This document shows, in pieces, positions 1 to 14,060 of a stretch of DNA of 64,000 nucleotides. This DNA is from Podarcis melisellensis. Lineage: Eukaryota. The DNA lies in assembly GCA_964234715.1 (NCBI GenBank), contig OZ174280.1. The stretch is one strand, 5' to 3'. Below the pieces are notes generated by a model, which was not told the origin of the DNA, searched no databases, and saw only the letters and a list, made by a program, of their open reading frames with translations. The position numbers were made by a program, and so were the translations under genes. Positions within the stretch are counted from its first letter, which is position 1. Each line of letters starts with the position of its first letter.

Positions 1-3000
1 AATCTGTGGATGTGATGCCCCTGTGCTTAAGGCATGTTGGTGCCCATTAGGCCCAGAAGAAGATTTTCTGTTGAATGAACCTCAGTCTAATGTTGTGGGT
101 TAGCTGGTTGGATACTAAGTAAGGCTTTCCTCCATGGTGTAGATGTTAGACATGCTTCTACTTCTTTGTCCTGCTTTTGCCTCAGCCTTACAGAGTTTAG
201 ATCCTGGTTCAGTATGTTACATGCTGATGTGCCTAGGCACTTGCTGAGCCTCCTTGAGAAGGAAAGGCTACATGCTTCTTGCAGGAGATCCAGGGTTTCT
301 GCTGCACTCAGAGCATCTGTGCAATCCCCACTCAGTGTTGTGAAGGGCTCTAAACTGTGCAGAGATGACACACCAGAAGGGGCTTTGCACTGGGCCTCCA
401 CTCTCCTAATGGTCTTGTTTAAATGCAAGGAGATTGAACACCAGAATGGGGCTAATAATAGTGATGCCAATATTATCTACACATTTGTCATGTAAATTTC
501 CTCTTATTTCTGGTGTCATTCAGAATGTTCAGATGAGCTTTATTTACTTATTTCAGTCTCCCCGCTTTTCTGTAACTACAGTACCTGCTTTTAAATCTCT
601 CTCTTTTTTCTTTTGAACTTTTGTTTTAAAAATCTGCTTTCTTCTCTCTGTACAAAACCCAAACCCTTCTCTGTGGTCTTCTTCTTTTAAGGTTGACATT
701 CCCTTTGTAACGAGACTGAAGTTTTCTGTATCTACATGAAGTGGTTTGCAGCAGTCCTTATTGAGCTGCAACAAGTGTCTGAATTACTGGAATATCTGAA
801 ACCCTAGTGTCACTTTTGCTACAACCCTGTCAGCGCTGCTTCTGAAATTGTCTCTGTGCGCCCTGTATACTTGCATCAAAGCACTGAATTGCACTGCTCT
901 GTTCCCCTGTGCTTGAGTTAATGCACTTACATCCATCATGTGTTTCAGGTTCAAGGCCAAGGAGAGAAGAGACCATCCTTGTCTAGCAATACACATCTTC
1001 TGCGCTCCTTTTCTGCTAATAGAGCTCTGATACACTGCACTGTCAATTACTTTTATTTTGAGCATGATTAGTGAGCATGAAGGGACTGACTGCGCAGTTT
1101 CTAGTCTGTAGCCCTCGGTTTTTGTTTTGCTTTTGTTTTTTGGCTAACCCACACTTGACCTTTGGTGGGCGAACATTTTTTTTCTTTAGACTCAACTCCC
1201 TCTTCCGCCCATACAGCATTTCGTTTTCCCTGTCACTTCCATCTAAGGGATCCATGAGTGATGAGTAGATCTGGGTTTCTCCTTGTTTGTTTCCCTACAG
1301 TGCCATCTTAAGCCATGGTATGCAAAACATTTGTGTTAAGAAGGATGCATGTGAACCAGCATCCCAAAACCCAAAGTTGCTTAAGGAACCTAAATTGTGA
1401 GGAAAGGTTCCTTGGTTGCATACTTTGAAGCACTGCCACCCCCACAAAAAAAAGAGCATGGAGATCTCGGGGAGCCATAGCATTCATTTAGTTTATTTAC
1501 TTGTGATTTATGTCCTGCCATGTAGCCTAGAATGCACAGTGACTGTATATAAAAGCAAGAGAATAATGATTTTTCTCCTTATAAATCCTCGGAGCTCAGT
1601 ACAGATTATGAATACAGATTATGAATAGTCTCTTGTGATGGCGAAATTAGAGGGGGAAAGTTAAGGAAATGGAAGGAAAATTCCAAGATTGGAAGAAAAG
1701 TGAACTAGGCAGAGTGCCAAAGCTTGCTCCTTGTAGTAAATTCATGCTCTCCGTGTTACATTTAGTGTACAACATATAAACAGTATAAACAAACATCAGC
1801 ATAAATACCTCAACTATAATAACAGTGTCAATGAATACAGGGTATAGGGTCCAGAGTTAATGGTCGGGAAAAGCAAAAACAGTACGTATTAAAGGGGCAT
1901 GTGAAGTATATAGCACAGGGAAGGGCTTTCAGAAGAGAAGGTGCAATGACAGAAAATGCCTGTTTATGGGCCACTGCCATAATTTTCTGTATACCTATAT
2001 GTTTTTAATAGTAACCTAGGGAAGTAGCCTCAAAACAAAGTAAGGGATATATATATAGGCGTGCCTGTCGCACTTACAATAGTGTTGCCTGTGGAAAGCA
2101 TCTAAGTGTGAAGCGGGCACATGCATTCCCAGATAGTCAATATACCTGCCGTAAGAAGCCACTTTGAGAAATTGCCTTTTGCCATCACACTTTACAACAA
2201 GAGTGGGGAAACAGGAGATGAGGTTGGGTTCCCACCTGCCATCATCTTTGATTGTCTCCTAATGGAGGCTGTCAGACCCAGATTTACCATTTAGCATTTC
2301 TCCAGAGGCAGCAGCAGTATAAATGTAGAAAACATACCAGTCACTACAGAGTGTGATCAATCCCAAGACGTGTTCAGCAAACCAGCTTCAGGCCAATCTT
2401 CCAGATTTACCAGGCTGCAGTTCTCTACCATATTACTTGGGAGTAGGCCCAGTAGGATTTAGATCTGAGTTGAAATGCATTGGATCACACTCTCGGTCTT
2501 TTGGGCCTAGTAGCACCAATGCACAACTGCAGTCACCCTTCTTCCTGCTTTTCCTTTACCACGTCTGGCCTTTTTGGTTCTCTGTTACCGTCACTTATCA
2601 GGACAGAACACGGCATCTGTCTCGGAGAGTTCACCCATCTGATTAAAAACTGTGGTGACTTTTCAAGTACTTCCATTGTCACAGTGCACAATTCCTGTCA
2701 CCACTTAAAACTCCAGTTTGGATGATCGAGTAACACCATGCCCTACTAGAGACTTGTTCAGGCAAATGTTGACTATGGTAGCTGGCCATTCCAGTGTTCA
2801 CACACACTGCCATTATTTTTTGGATGTGGCATTCCTTCCTAAAATGATTGAAACAAATATCAACAAAACTTGTTCTGTAATCTCATTGCAACTCCATCTA
2901 TTCACTGGAACCTGGAATGGTGCTGTAATTGGATTCTTTGGTAAATGATTAGAGCTATGTATCACACAGGATACGAAACCCTCGCATCATTTGTTGTCTT

Positions 3001-6000
3001 CTTGCTTCTTTATGGACTGCATTTAGATATGTATTACTGTTGCAAGGATTCTTCTCAAATGATTAAGTGTCTTGGGTTCTAATAGCTCTCTATTTGTTTC
3101 GTTTTTTCAAAAATCCCGTCTACTGCTAATGGTTCCTGCTCCCCCAAAAAAACCTTTTCAACAAGAAAGCTGCTGTAGATGAATTGCTACTAATATGAGA
3201 ATTCTAAATCAAGCTAAAAATGCATTGCTTTTTCCTTGAATAAGAGTGTTATTGATTAAATTACAGAGGAATTGAGAGAACCCCACTTGACATTTCTCTC
3301 AATTATATTGCACAATATATGTTGATACTTCAAATAACCCAAGTCAGTCCTTTTAGGATTAATAAGCACATCAGAAGCACCACTTCCTACATCTGTGCAT
3401 GATATTTTATTTTAAGCCTTGCTTGGACCCAGGAATTCACTGGAAAATATTCAAGTGTTCCATTCATTAGCTGCACTGATTGAACTTGCAGTTTTTGTTT
3501 ACTTTAGCAAACCCATCTGTCCCTGAAAATGCGCAGTTGTACAACTGTGCACTCACAGCCGACATATCACTAATAATTATGTTATCCTTGTCTTTATGCC
3601 ACTGTTTTACTACTATTCATCCTAAGCAGGTGCAATCTTCCTCTTATTGGTGGATTATGATGGGACACAATGCAACATGATTGTTTCGTGTACCAGTCAT
3701 GTCTTTGGCAGGAAAATGTTTTGTGGATAATCCCGTTGTTAAAAAGTATATTTATTATAAAATATTGGGTACATTAGCTTGCAATTGAGACATGCTACAT
3801 AAAGAATGGCATGGCCAGCATTTTCTCCAAGGTGTATGCTTTTCCTCCTTAGAAAAATAATGCACTTTTTATAGCTAGCCGTTATTGGACAAAAGTTAGT
3901 TTATACATTCTCATCCCAATGCCGAGTCCTTCATTTACTCTGATAAATGTGCAAGCTTTCCAATTCATTTCAATGGAGAAAGCTGCTACGTACATGCAAT
4001 CCTATGTGCACAGAAATCAGCTCCATTTATTGCACTGCCTGGACCAGAACAGATTGCTGTACTGGAATATCTATCAACAAGTATTTAATATATTCCTGCC
4101 TTGGAATTGAGTAAGTTGCATTAGCTAACCAACCCCTCCACTCCACGTTTTTCTTTTATTGGGATGACGGGGCAAAGATTTGATAGAAATTATGAATATT
4201 TGGTAAGATTCGCTTTGTAAACTAGGCTTCTCACTTTTATTCTTTTAATTGCTTACTGTGCTTTGTTTCTTCCTTCTAGAGTTATGTACTTATTTCTCTT
4301 AAGCAGATGTTTCACGTCAAGATTGAAAAGTCATTGCATTTCTCAAGATTAATATCCAGCAGTACAAAAGCACCCCCCCCCCAAAAAAAAGATAACACAA
4401 ACGAGCCACCTCCCCTTAAAAGAAAGAAGGGCAGGGCACAATCGAATGGTGGGAATAGGAAATATAATATACATATAACACTTTTTTACTATGTTATGAA
4501 GCCTCAGGAGACGTACTTAAGACAACCTGGTTTTTCAGCACACCTCTGTTCTAAAGCCTGAAACCTCTGTTTTGCACAGGTTCAAGTTGTTTTGTGTGAC
4601 TTCTGAACAAAGTATCTATTTTTAAAGTTTATCAACTGATTAAATTTCAGACAGATTTTTAAAAAATAAATAAATAAGATACGCTCCCTCACTTACTTTA
4701 TTTATTTATTTATTTATTTGCTAGCCATGGTGAATTATGGTGGCTTTTTCTCCCTCCCCTCTCTACTCCCCTTCAAAGAGATTCTTTCTTTCTCTTCTTG
4801 CTTTCCCTTTGCTTTTGGTGCTTTAGCGAATGTCAAGCATTTCAAGAATATTTGCAAGGGTCCCCCTTTTGCTGGTTTGATGAAAATTCATTTGGTATTT
4901 CTAAAGCTATGAGATCTCAGAAGTTTCCATTTCGTTCAGTGGAAAGGGGCACAAGTTATATAGTGCATGCCACATAATGCTTGCTAAACCTCATTGTCTA
5001 AAAGTGACATACACAGCAAACTAGAAGCCATGCTGTTTCAGGATGGATAGGTGGATGGGGGTGGGATGGGGAGAGAGACGGAGGGACCGACGGACGAACA
5101 AGGAAGCTTGCCATCCAATACTGTCTCCCTTCAACCAGGGTGCAACAGAGACTTAGATCTTAAGTATCCCCATTCCATTTGTGGAAGGAACTGTAGTCCA
5201 TCAGTTGTTCCCAGCACATCAGAGGTGGAACAGTACTTTTTTGCCCATGTGCCCTTGTTCCTGCAGCCCCATGCGCCACACCTCATTCTGCAGTGCAGCA
5301 GATTTTCAACGGGCAAAGGTGGTGCAGGTTAAAGGGGAAATCAGTTCAGGATAATCCTGTGAATGGAACTCAACCCTTTGGGACTCTCCCGTTAGCAGAA
5401 GCTTAGTTGGCAGCTATAAAACTGCTTATTTTCTGCTCCTCCAATCAGCTTTCCTGTTCTGTCAGGGAGATGGGAGAAAGCCTTCCCTTGAATGAAAGGG
5501 GAAAGCAACTTATTCTCTCCTGCGGTGTGAGCTGGCTGCATAACTCTGAGCAAAGAAGGATATATTTCCACTCTCTGCCAGGTTGAGTCTTCTCATCCTA
5601 CATGAAGAGGGGAACCTCTTCTCTGAAGGTGTGGAACCAGCTATTTGACTCAGGAGAGAGAGGAGGAAAAAAGCACTTTCTCATTTAGCTAGGGAAATCG
5701 CATACCCTAACCTCCCTGAAAGTTGCTTCCTTTAATTTGGCAACAGCCATTTCAAAAAGAGGCAGCCTGCAGATTCTGGAAAAGTGATCTTGCCTCCCGC
5801 CTGGTGAGGCGGAGGAGGATCAGGCTGCTCGTGGAAGTTTATGTAAGCAGGGGAGAAATCAGTAGTGCCATAGAAATAAGTAATAGAAGGTGTCATAGCT
5901 CAGTGGCGGAGCAGATCTGAGTGAAAGAGTGAATCTGTGTCTGTGAGGGGTAGGTGATGGTTGTATTTGAACCTCACGTCCAACTTCAGTGTTCCTTACC

Positions 6001-6789
6001 TGCAAAACAAAAATGTCTTGCAGGATGTCTTCTAAATGCTTGTCTGCTCTGCATGCACTCTGTTCTTCTTTGTGCTTGAGACACAGTTTGATGTTGACCT
6101 GCTGAGGTCTGATATAATGTGTGAATGGGCTTGCATGTGGCAAGGGACCTGCTGCTGCTGCTGCACTTCTTACAACCAAGCAGGAAAGCACACGAAATGA
6201 GTCCTAAACTGAGCCTCTGTACAGATGTCCATTGTGCAAAATTTCACACATACACACAAAAATCATCTAATTTAGTTGCTTTCTTTACTTTCCTTTTTAA
6301 AAGGAACCTCTAAAAACAAGAAATGGTTGGTTTAGCAGAAGAGTAAAAGCTGACAAATAACTCTTGGTCTGCAAAAGCATGGAAAACGTAAGAGTTTCGC
6401 TTTAATTTCTGCACCATGTAAACAAAATGAGAGGTATGGTACAGCCTACGATATTGGACTGTATTGAATTCACGCCCCTGTTCAAAGGCTTTGGGTCCAA
6501 TGGGATGTGTCCACTAGAGGAGGAGGAGTGTAGCAATTTTTGACAATTTCTCTCTCTAGCAGCAGCCCTGAAAATATTTTTGGGGTGATCCCCTAGAACG
6601 GGGAGCTGCAGGGGCAAAATCAACAAAACACCCCCCTCCTTGGTTAGCAAATCCATAACACAAGGGGGACTGATTTGATTCCACCCAGTTGGGATTGCTT
6701 ACAGGTTCTGCAGCCAGGCTGAAAGATGAAGGGTGTGTACAGAGAGATAAGACTAGGGGCAGTCTTGTAGGGATTTGGGCATTAAACTA

Positions 6790-6883
6790 TAGATAGCTCA
6801 GTTGGTAGAGCATGAGCCCTTTAATCGGTTCAAGCCCCACATTGGGCAAAACTATTTCAACTCTACGATTACATGATTCTATA
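6790..6883 (+). mobile_element. tRNA-Lys-derived SINE remnant with CR1-like 3' tail (internally deleted)
   Basis: TAGCTCAGTTGGTAGAGCATGAG (A box), GGTTCAAGCCCCAC (B box), then CAACTCTACGATTACATGATTCTA tail. Confidence 0.7.
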
Positions 6884-7647
6884 ATAATGTTCAAACTTTG
6901 CTGGTTTTACATTTGGTTCAATATGAGCAGAGCTCGAAACCTTTCAAGAGCAAATATTTTATGAGCACTACCTCCCACATCTGTGTTGCCACCAACTTGC
7001 AGAGGAAGAGAGAATTAAGCCTGAATGTTAAGGTGAACTGTGTGTGCAATTTGTAAGCAATCTATGAGATTGTACATCTTTACTGCTTACATGGTGAGAA
7101 AGTTAACACATCAACCTTAACTTGTGATTTCTATGATTTTTAGAGCACGGGTGACTTGTTGAAGCCTTCACTCTTCTTAAACCAAAGGGTTTTTCTTATT
7201 TAAAAAATGTATATATAGTGACATACATAATACATCTATATGTGCATATCATATTAATAGAAGTTTTTTTTTTTTAAAAAAGATAAAGTTGACAGGATTT
7301 TGCTTGGGGCTTTGAAAAGGGAAGGATAGGTATATCATGCATTAGTCAAGTCTTTCATTATTTATTCAGGTTGACTAAGTGAAACTACATACGAGCATTT
7401 TCAGGACTGCCTCTTTAACCTACTAAAATGATTGATCCATGTTCACTTATGTAACTTTAGAATCTTTCTCCTGCTAGGTTTTCCTGTTGTCTGTTTCTCT
7501 CTATCCAATGTAGTGCACTTCTTATTCTCCCTGTGTTTAACATCTTGTGAACTAATTTAATCTTCGCCTAATAGACAATTTGTGTTAATCTTCTTCTTTT
7601 TTCCCTTGCACTTTTTTTTTTCATTTTTCTTCCGATGCTTGAAATAG

Positions 7648-7662
7648 AAGTGGAGCAAAAAG
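7648..7662 (+). CDS. ADGRL2: ADGRL2 splice-site-A microexon (15 nt, KVEQK; 12-nt MEQK form from distal AG at 7649-7650)
   Basis: Long pyrimidine tract, then gaaatag|AAGTGGAGCAAAAAG|gtaaat. Phase 1/1. Matches the latrophilin KVEQK insert between the lectin and olfactomedin domains. Confidence 0.9.
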
Positions 7663-8204
7663 GTAAATAACGTATATAGTCCCAAACCCCCCACCCCCAG
7701 CTCCTTGTTATGTGCCTTATGGATGTTAACCTCCTCCACCCCTTCCCTTCCCCACAACACTCTGGTAACTATGGTGGTCAGCAGGATCTCATAAGCGCCC
7801 CTCATAAAGAAGTCGACTTTGCAGTAAACTGGCTGGGCTGCTGAACTGACTCGGCTACTTAAAGCAGGTGGCGGGATTTAGTGTCTGGTGTACCTGCTCC
7901 GGGACAGAGGCTCCCTTTTGCTTTCTTCCTCCCTTTCTTTCTCTTTCCCTGTCTTTCTCTCACCCTTGACTAAATCTTGTTAATGAACCCTCATCTTGCT
8001 TGGCTTCCAGAACCCACTCCATAGCATGCCATAATTACAGGGGTCCCTGGTCTGTTTCATCCATCGCTTTGGTTGTCCTTTATTTTTTTGTTGCTCCTAA
8101 TGAAGATCTGTGTATATATTTTACACACACACACACGGGTTACACACACACACAAACAAACCCCAAAACTAAAAGTGCATATCTATATATCTATATAGAT
8201 ACAT

Positions 8205-8384
8205 TCAAACTTCAGTTCCCGAACGCCTACGTTTTGGAATGTTTCGGCTCCCGAACATCTGACACGAATTCCAGTCTGCAAAAAGCCTAGCTGTCAGCCA
8301 ATCAGAGGCCTTGGAATTCAAATGTTTCGGAAGTCGAATGTCCTTCCAAAACGGATTGTGTTCAACTTCCAAGGTTCAACCGTA
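8205..8384. mobile_element. Decayed mariner/Tigger-type transposon end
   Basis: CpG-containing GTTTCGG/CCGAAC repeats ending CAAGGTTCAACCGTA, which resembles the GAGGTACCACTGTA TIR plus TA. Confidence 0.45.
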
Positions 8385-8828
8385 TATATAGATATAATAT
8401 CAAGGCACTGTTGTTTTCAACCTCACAGTTTATTAAATTTTCTACAAGTTTTATGAGTTTAAATCCATTGAAGTGTTGTACACCAGTTGAAAGGTCTGGA
8501 GAATAAATCCTGTCTTCATCATAAATGCAAGCGTAGTTATCTGCTTCCAGATGCATAGATGCGCCATAGATGCGACCTTGGGTGATATTAGCGAAAACAC
8601 TTCACATACTGGTTACTATGGTAACTTTAAGAAGCATGGATGACAAAGGGTAATACATGCATTAATTACATATGAGCTACAAAGTATTGTTGCCAGTTAA
8701 TTGGATCTTTTCTTCTTTATTGTCACTTGTGATTTTTTTTTACCTTGACTTTAATTGGTAGCATGCACATTTTATTTTATTGTTTTAAAAAAATAAATCT
8801 TGTCTTGCTTCTTCTCTGCGACTGCTAG

Positions 8829-9629
8829 TTTTTGTTTGCCCTGGGACATTGAAAGCCGTTGTGGATTCCCCAAATTTATATGAAGCGGAACAAAAGGCAG
8901 GTGCCTGGTGCAAGGACCCTCTTCAAGCTGCGGATAAAATATACTTCATGCCGTGGACTCCATACCGTACTGATACTTTGATAGAATATGCTTCTTTAGA
9001 GGACTTTCAAAATGGACGCCAGCAGACGACATACAAGCTTCCAAACCGAGTGGATGGTACTGGATTTGTGGTATATGATGGTGCTGTCTTTTTTAACAAG
9101 GAAAGAACTAGGAACATTGTAAAGTTCGATTTGAGGACTAGAATTAAGAGTGGAGAGGCAATTATAAATTATGCCAACTACCACGACACTTCCCCTTACA
9201 GGTGGGGAGGGAAGACTGACATTGATTTGGCAGTTGACGAAAATGGCTTGTGGGTCATTTATGCCACGGAACAAAACAATGGGATGATAGTTATTAGCCA
9301 ACTGAATCCTTATACCTTGCGTTTCGAGGCAACGTGGGAAACTACGTATGACAAACGGGCAGCATCTAACGCCTTTATGATATGCGGGGTTCTCTACGTT
9401 GTGCGGTCCGTATACCAAGACAATGAAAGTGAAACTGGCAAGAACTCAATTGATTACATTTACAACACTCGGTTATTCAGAGGAGAATATGTAGATATCC
9501 CTTTCCCCAACATGTACCATTATATTGCTGCTGTGGATTACAATCCAAGAGACAATCAACTGTATGTGTGGAACAACAACTTCATCCTGCGATATTCTCT
9601 AGAGTTTGGTCCCCCTGACCCCGCTCAAG
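8829..9629 (+). CDS. ADGRL2: ADGRL2 olfactomedin-domain exon (801 nt; (I/V)FVCPGTLK...EFGPPDPAQ)
   Basis: ctgctag|TTTTTGTTTGC acceptor and CAAG|gtaagc donor. Corresponds to ORF 8849..9661, which is nearly identical to the latrophilin-2 OLF domain as I recall it. Confidence 0.97.
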
Positions 9630-10474
9630 GTAAGCATTCTTTATTATCTCTATTTCTTTAAATACTAAGTTATTTTAATAGAAGGCTTGCTAATGAAACT
9701 AGCCTTCAGTATTTTGGCAATTAAAGTACCTGTTTTGTAATGAAATGAAACACAAAAATGGATTTAAAATTGTACCTGTGCCATCTTGTTCCATAGCAAC
9801 ACACCCAATGGTAAGATTCAGCTCCACATTATTAGGCTCAAGACAATCTATCCATTTGGAATAAGAAGCATGTTAGCATTGGTGTTTTTATCTGATTTTA
9901 GTCCTGAGTACAATATTTTTAAAAACTTTAAAACTATTTTCTGCCTGTGGCTGGGAAAGATGTGGTTTGAAGAACCTGATGCAGTTAGGTGCAGTAGTTC
10001 TCAGCGTCGATGCTGCAAAGGTTTGTATTTTCCAAGTCTGCAGTTTGAGCCTGAAAAGAGGATTAGCCTCTATCTTTGTAACATGCTATAACATCCCATA
10101 ATTTCCCATTGGTGGAGCAAATGCAAGTCAGTGTATTCAATTTGAGAATAGCTATGGCTACTTAAAAGACTGCATCGTTATGTAAGCTGCCAACGAGTAG
10201 TCATTTGGGAACTTGTATCACTGAGGAAATGTCTCCAGTATGCAGAACCGCGGGTGCACATACAAATGTTAAATGCAGAGGATGTAGCTTTTGAAGACTG
10301 TTTTGGCAGTGGAATTAGGAAAAGATCCACACGCACACCCTTGTAAGCTCACTAAAAACAATTTGCATTCCCGGAATGTTATTTTAGTTGTAGTCTCCAA
10401 CAAAGCTGCTTTTAGTTACCTATTTTTTCACATGTTATTACTGGATATCTCTCTTCAGCTGTTACAAACTTTTA

Positions 10475-10694
10475 CAGTGGTACCTCAGGTTACATACGCT
10501 TCAGGTTACAGACTTTGCTAACCCAGAAATAGTGCTTCAGGTTAAGAACTTTGCTTCAGGATGAGAACAGAAATCGTGCTCCAGCAGCACGGCAGCAGCA
10601 GGAGGCCCCATTAGTGGTGCTTCAGGTTAAGAACAGTTTCAGGTTAAGTACGGACCTCCGGAATGAATTAAGTACTTAACCCGAGGTACCACTG
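10475..10694. mobile_element. Non-autonomous Tc1/mariner (Tigger/pogo-like) MITE, copy 1
   Basis: TIRs CAGTGGTACCTC(A)GGTTA...TAACCCGAGGTACCACTG, TA on both sides, and internal CTTCAGGTTA repeats. Confidence 0.9.
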
Positions 10695-11673
10695 TATTAC
10701 TTTCATTGCGGGAGACTGAAGGCTGACTGCACGGTAGGAATACAGAAATATTCTATGTAGAAGTATTTTATAGGAATGCAGAAGTACTGTATGTGATAAT
10801 ACTATATGGTCTCTATGAGGTTGTAATGTAGAAGCACTATGTAAATGTGCTATGTTGCCACATAACAAACATGTCACAGGACCATATAATAATACGGTAG
10901 GAATGCAGACATGCTCTATAAATGCCAGAAGCTGATTCTTACTAACATTAATATGATTCAAATGCTTGTTTGAAGCATTTAATTCATATTAATGTAAGTA
11001 AGAATATACCTAATGAATTCCATTGGTGTGTAGTCCTGTGACTGTTGGAAGGATGTTCTGTGGGTCATGGGATATCTCAGTTATCATCCCTCAGTTGGAG
11101 AGGCAGAATTCCCAATGCTGTAGACAGAAATCTGATGTCAGATTTCTTGCTCCCAACTAAAGGTTCTAGCACCCTGGCCCAAACATCAGATATGATAAAA
11201 AAGAGCTGGGCCAGAGACATGCCAAGAGAGAACTAAGAAACAGCTGGTACCTGAAGGATCCCAAGCCATTCTGGTCCCTTGATGCACTCCCAAACTAGGA
11301 AGAAATTTAAACACACTTTCAAACGGTGTCTAAATCTCTCTCATTTCTGTCCCATTGTTTCAGTGGGAAGAGGAAAGCATTAATGTTTTTTTTTTTAAAA
11401 AAAAAATGAAATAAAATAAATAAAACACAGGAAACGGACAGAGGAATGCAATACCATTCCTACACTCCCTGATGACTCAAATCATGCAGTGTTTGGAATA
11501 TGGTGGCTGAACCTTTGGTTTTTTGCTCCCTCCTCACATTAGGAATGCATCATTAGAAATTCTTGTTAAAAAAAAGTTTAAGACTATGAGAACATTCATG
11601 CATATATTTTTTTAACAGTGGGGGAAATGTCTCCATTTTTGTCATATTTTAATAGTTAGCTTGCTGATGTGTA

Positions 11674-11915
11674 CAGTGGTACCTCGGGTTACATACGCTT
11701 CAGGTTACATACACTTCAGGTTACAGACTCCACTAACCCAGAAATAGTGCTTCAGGTTAAGAACTTTGCTTCAGGATGAGAAAAGAAATTGTGCTCCGGC
11801 GGCACAGCAGCAGCAGGAGGCCCCATTAGCTAAAGTGGTGCTTCAGGTTAAGAACAGTTTCAGGTTAAGAACAGACCGCCGGAACGAATTAAGTACTTAA
11901 CCCGAGGTACCACTG
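11674..11915. mobile_element. Non-autonomous Tc1/mariner (Tigger/pogo-like) MITE, copy 2
   Basis: Perfect TIRs CAGTGGTACCTCGGGTTA/TAACCCGAGGTACCACTG and TA TSD. Highly similar to copy 1, with one extra internal repeat unit. Confidence 0.9.
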
Positions 11916-13844
11916 TATATCCAGTGCCTTTGTAAAGTTAAAGGATTTTAATACTTTAATATGTGATTTTGAGATTACGGTGAGAATTTTTCTAATTCAT
12001 TTGAGATGAATTAATTGGATTTCAAAGGTACGGATTGTGAGGATGTGAGCTTTAGAGTTCATCTCAAATTTTGCCCTCCATCTTCCATGAGCAAAACTGA
12101 ACTGTCAGTCATTAAGGAAAAGAAAATCAACTAAAGCACTTCTGCGATCATCATTTATGCGGTCAGAGTTTATACAGGCTGCTTAGAGCGATGGCATATT
12201 TGAAAATGAGGGCATGAAGTTAGTATTTCTGGGCCTTTTTGGTTTGGGAAAAGGAAGTTGCCCTAACATGAAGTTCTTAATGATGTCATGGGGTCAGTGC
12301 CTCTGCAGCAGAAGTCATGGCCTCTTCTGTTGGAATGCCTAATTTGGGGCCATTACGGAAAACTCAGCAATCTTTGCCACTTCACTTGTGATGGGAGCAG
12401 TAATGATATGTTGACCTACTCAATGAGCCCTCTGTCTTTCATCTCTCTGCCTTGTCAGCGCCTGACTGCACCATAGCTTCCTACCCCAAAAATGGTTCAA
12501 ACACTGTAGACTGTCTCGCCTTTTGAGTGAAACAAGTCCTTTGTCACATCCATCTGACTTGCCCTCCTGAGCTTAGATGTTATTTTCACTCCCAAGGCCG
12601 AATGGCATTCTTGACCCCAAACATGTGCGTTTTCCTGAGATAGAACAAGAGGTATTCCTTGTGTTCACCATATTTCAGTGGCTGTGGCGTTGCCAGAACT
12701 TCCCCTCTCCTTAGCCCTCTTATGGGTTCTAAAAGATGAGACGAACCTTCATAGATACCAAAGTTTCCCTGCTCCACAAGTTCCACTTTCCACAAGTTGA
12801 AAGGCAGCAGGAATGACAACAACAGATGAGGCTAACACTTTGTCCCCACTAAACTCCCTCCCGTGTTTATTGAACTCTTAAATGTCATGTCTGAAGAGGC
12901 TCCTTGATTTTTCCATTTCTGCAGTGCTGAAACTGTACTATAACACGATTTTGCAATCCCCTCCCAGCATGCAATATCCATCAGTCTTCATGCATACCTT
13001 CATGGAATATAAAATGCCGTTTCCAAACCAGTCCTTTTAGGGGCTAAGGTATTTCTGTTAGGTATGGCACAATGGCATGCTTCTGCATTGCATCATTTTG
13101 AGGATCTTATTGTCTTTGTTTTTACAGCAGCTGACTGTGGGATTGGTTTGTTCTCTCTTGCATTTTGCTTCAGCTTGCTTTGTGATGACAAGGAGACAAT
13201 GTGGCCACAGTCTAGCAAGGTCCTCTGTGTGTATTTACTGCGCCCACACACCAGACACGGTTTTATTTGCTGGGTTTTCAGCACACCTTTTCAACACGTG
13301 CCAATGTGTTAGATACATGAGACGATCCAGTTGCAAATTTCATTAGCGTTCTTTCCCAGCTTTCCCCTTCCCCTTAAATCAACCTATATCTATATAGCTG
13401 GTGAATAAACTATCACCAGGATAGTTTGCAGTGAACTCCAGACCCACACTGAGTAATGCTCGCTTATCCCCCCCCCCAAACTTTTCTAGTTTTGACGAAT
13501 CAGGTTTTGGGGCAGATGGAGAGGCGATGATTTTACAGGAACGAAAGTTCAATTTCCCTTGCATCTGAAGAACTAGTTAAATAGTTCTTTGGATCTCATC
13601 CTCTACATTTCTCAAATATGACTGAAAGTTTTTCTTCTGAATTTACTGATAGCTGCTGACCTACATGCTAAGGTTTTCAGATTTGAGAAAAGTATATTTG
13701 TAGGGTATTCCTATCCAAAGCTTCTCAGAGATAAGTTCCACTCAGTTCAATTAAAGCTTCTTCCCTTGAAACGTGTATTAAGGTTTGTTTCCAAGGTCCT
13801 TATACGATCATCACCTAATTTTTTGTCTGTTGTCACTGAATTAT

Positions 13845-14060
13845 CATTTATTTATTTCATAAAATTTATGTACCACTTGATTGTAGAAAAAACAACAACC
13901 AGTAAAGCAGTTTACAAAAAGATAAAACAATAAAATCATCACTAAAAAATGATAACCATAATTTAAAACATGCATAAAGTTAAAACCACGATAGAATAAA
14001 CTAAAACAAATCAAGACACACAAAGTTTTTAAACATCTGGGTAGAATTGCCTATTGATAT
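13845..14060 (-). mobile_element. L2-like LINE 3' end remnant
   Basis: TTTATTTATTT...ATTTATGTACCAC...AAAGCAGTTTACA followed by an A-rich stretch, typical of reversed squamate L2 tails. Confidence 0.35.

Noticed and set aside
6790-6850. tRNA-Lys-like sequence as a real tRNA gene
   Set aside because: The anticodon and variable arms are deleted, the acceptor stem is broken, and it continues into a CR1-type tail. It is a SINE remnant.
1-7580. Upstream lectin-domain exon (...YECVPY) or another gene in the first 7.5 kb
   Set aside because: No matching coding sequence was found. The short ORFs here lack homology or splice support, so the region is treated as intron.
8996-9418. 140-aa antisense ORF over the olfactomedin exon
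   Set aside because: Shadow ORF of a coding exon with no independent features.
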